A stretch of 35,790 nucleotides of DNA, taken from contig CANREO010000003.1 of NCBI GenBank assembly GCA_947629635.1, positions 1-35,790 of the forward strand, written 5' to 3'. Below are positions 34,218 through 35,790 of this stretch, piece after piece. The translations under genes were made by a program, and so were the position numbers. The notes below the pieces were generated by a model, which did not search any database, was not told the DNA's origin, and was given only the letters and a program-made list of their open reading frames with translations. Every line of letters starts with the position of its first letter. Within the stretch, counting starts at the first letter, position 1. Source of the stretch: an uncultured Clostridia bacterium. GTDB taxonomy: Bacteria; Bacillota; Clostridia; Christensenellales; CAG-917.

Positions 34218-35790
34218 TTATCTTACACTTTCGATATATGCTTTTATGTTGCTCGCGTTTTCGTAAACAACCAATTTTTTGCCTTTTGGCACGAGCAGGG
34301 TGGGCGCTTTCTTTACGCCGTAGGCTCTTGTAATATCCGCATTGTCCTCCGCGTCTATGACCGTATATTTGATGCCTGCCTTGTCAAGCATGCTCTTGGC
34401 CATCTTGCAGTTTGGGCAGGTCTTGGTAGTGAAAATGAGGATGCCGTCGAGTTTTGATGCGTCGACTTTTGTGGGCTCTGTTGCAGGAATTTCATTTTGC
34501 GGCGCGGCGTTTTTTATCTCCTGTTTGCCTCTGACCATGGGCGCCTCGTCGGTGCACACGAATTCGCTTATCGGCTTGCCGTGATATTGCGAAGTGGCAA
34601 TGTCGTAAACTTTGCGCTCTTTAAATTCCGCCACCTTGCCGTCATTCCAATTTTGAACGGGACGATAATATCCTGTGATGCGGCTGTAGACTTCCGTCTT
34701 CTTGCCGCAGATGGGGCAAACGTATTGCTCGCCTTCCAGATACCCGTGATCAGCGCAAATGGAATATGTCGGGGAGAGTGTATAGTAGGGCAGTTTATAA
34801 TTTTCGGCGATTTTTCTGACGAGGTTTGCCGCCGCCTGCCAACTGTCGAGCTTTTGCCCGAGGAAGGCATGGAAAACAGTGCCCGACGTGTATAGCGTCT
34901 GCAATTCGTCTTGAATGTCGAGCGCGGAGAAGATGTCCGACGTATAGCCCACCGGCAGGTGCGAACTGTTGGTATAATAAGGCGTGTTGTCGGCGCTCTT
35001 TGCGCAGATGATGTTGGGATATTTTTCTCTGTCGTGTTTTGCAAGCCTATACGACGTGCTTTCGGCCGGAGTCGCTTCGAGGTTGTAAAGGTCGCCGTAT
35101 TCTTCTTGATAGTCGCTCAACTTGTTGCGCATGAAGTTGAGTGTCTTCTTGGTGAACTCCTGCGCTTCGGGATGCGTGAGGTCTTTGCCAACCCAACGGG
35201 CGTTGAGGCAGGCTTCGTTCATTCCCACGAGTCCGATTGTGGAAAAGTGGTTGCTGAATGTGCCGAGATATCTCTTTGTGTAGGGGTACAGACCTTCGTC
35301 AAGCAACTTTGTGATGACGTTGCGTTTGATTTTCAGAGAGCGCGCCGCAATGTCCATAAGGTGCTCGAGCTCTTTGAAATATTCCTCTTCGGTTGTGGAA
35401 ACATAGGCTATGCGAGGCATATTTATTGTTACGACGCCAACGGATCCGGTGGATTCGCCGCTGCCGAAGAAACCGCCCGATTTCTTGCGGAGCTCTCTCA
35501 AGTCCAGCCTCAGGCGGCAGCACATGCTGCGCACGTCGCTCGGCTCCATATCGCTGTTGATATAGTTGGAGAAGTAGGGCGTGCCGTACTTCGAAGTCAT
35601 GGTGAAGAGCAGACGGTTGTTTTCGGTGTCGGACCAATCGAAGTCCTTTGTGATCGAATATGTGGGAATGGGATATTGGAAACCTCTTCCGTTTGCATCG
35701 CCCTCTATCATGATTTCGATGAACGCTTTATTTATCATGCGCATCTCGTCGACGCAATCTTTATACTTGAAGTCCATATCCTTGCCGCCT
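34218..35790 (-). CDS. nrdD: class III anaerobic ribonucleoside-triphosphate reductase with C-terminal glutaredoxin/NrdH-like domain (5' end outside the window)
   Basis: FQYPIPT, RSMCCRL, TGSVGVVTIN, YNLEATPAES, SGTVFH, CADH...CPIC, YSRITGYYRP glycyl-radical loop; then IFTTKTCPNC...GVKKAPTL. Confidence 0.95.
   Translation of the reverse strand, partial: GGKDMDFKYKDCVDEMRMINKAFIEIMIEGDANGRGFQYPIPTYSITKDFDWSDTENNRLLFTMTSKYGTPYFSNYINSDMEPSDVRSMCCRLRLDLRELRKKSGGFFGSGESTGSVGVVTINMPRIAYVSTTEEEYFKELEHLMDIAARSLKIKRNVITKLLDEGLYPYTKRYLGTFSNHFSTIGLVGMNEACLNARWVGKDLTHPEAQEFTKKTLNFMRNKLSDYQEEYGDLYNLEATPAESTSYRLAKHDREKYPNIICAKSADNTPYYTNSSHLPVGYTSDIFSALDIQDELQTLYTSGTVFHAFLGQKLDSWQAAANLVRKIAENYKLPYYTLSPTYSICADHGYLEGEQYVCPICGKKTEVYSRITGYYRPVQNWNDGKVAEFKERKVYDIATSQYHGKPISEFVCTDEAPMVRGKQEIKNAAPQNEIPATEPTKVDASKLDGILIFTTKTCPNCKMAKSMLDKAGIKYTVIDAEDNADITRAYGVKKAPTLLVPKGKKLVVYENASNIKAYIESVR

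Overview
This is the chromosomal origin region of a spore-forming, anaerobic Clostridia-like Firmicute, as judged from spo0A, yyaC, the class III RNR and soj/spo0J. The gene order around the origin is rearranged: gyrB (5' part), a DUF4838-like protein, a parS cluster, mtnN, rsmG-parA-parB, recF, then dnaA converging on dnaN, with the DnaA-box/DnaA-trio element upstream of dnaN. Next come a metal-permease-like gene, a BNR/sialidase-like protein, a tRNA-Asn with G1-C72, a CvpA-like gene plus a 1370-aa repeat protein, and yyaC. Then come two large membrane proteins of identical 3+1 TM architecture, a small membrane protein, a U32 protein, proS, a divergent PH-domain/XRE pair with twin operators, an acidic double-Zn-ribbon protein, spo0A, a HAD hydrolase, an atypical thioredoxin reductase, and the 3' part of an NrdD-glutaredoxin fusion. 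The main leads are: NrdD-Grx beside a TrxR that has lost both NADPH-binding motifs; the uncharacterised repeat-scaffold and twin membrane-protein operons; frequent leaderless genes including dnaA and parA; and the scrambled oriC layout. I saw no CRISPR array, IS or prophage. All calls come from visual motif recognition; no searches were run.
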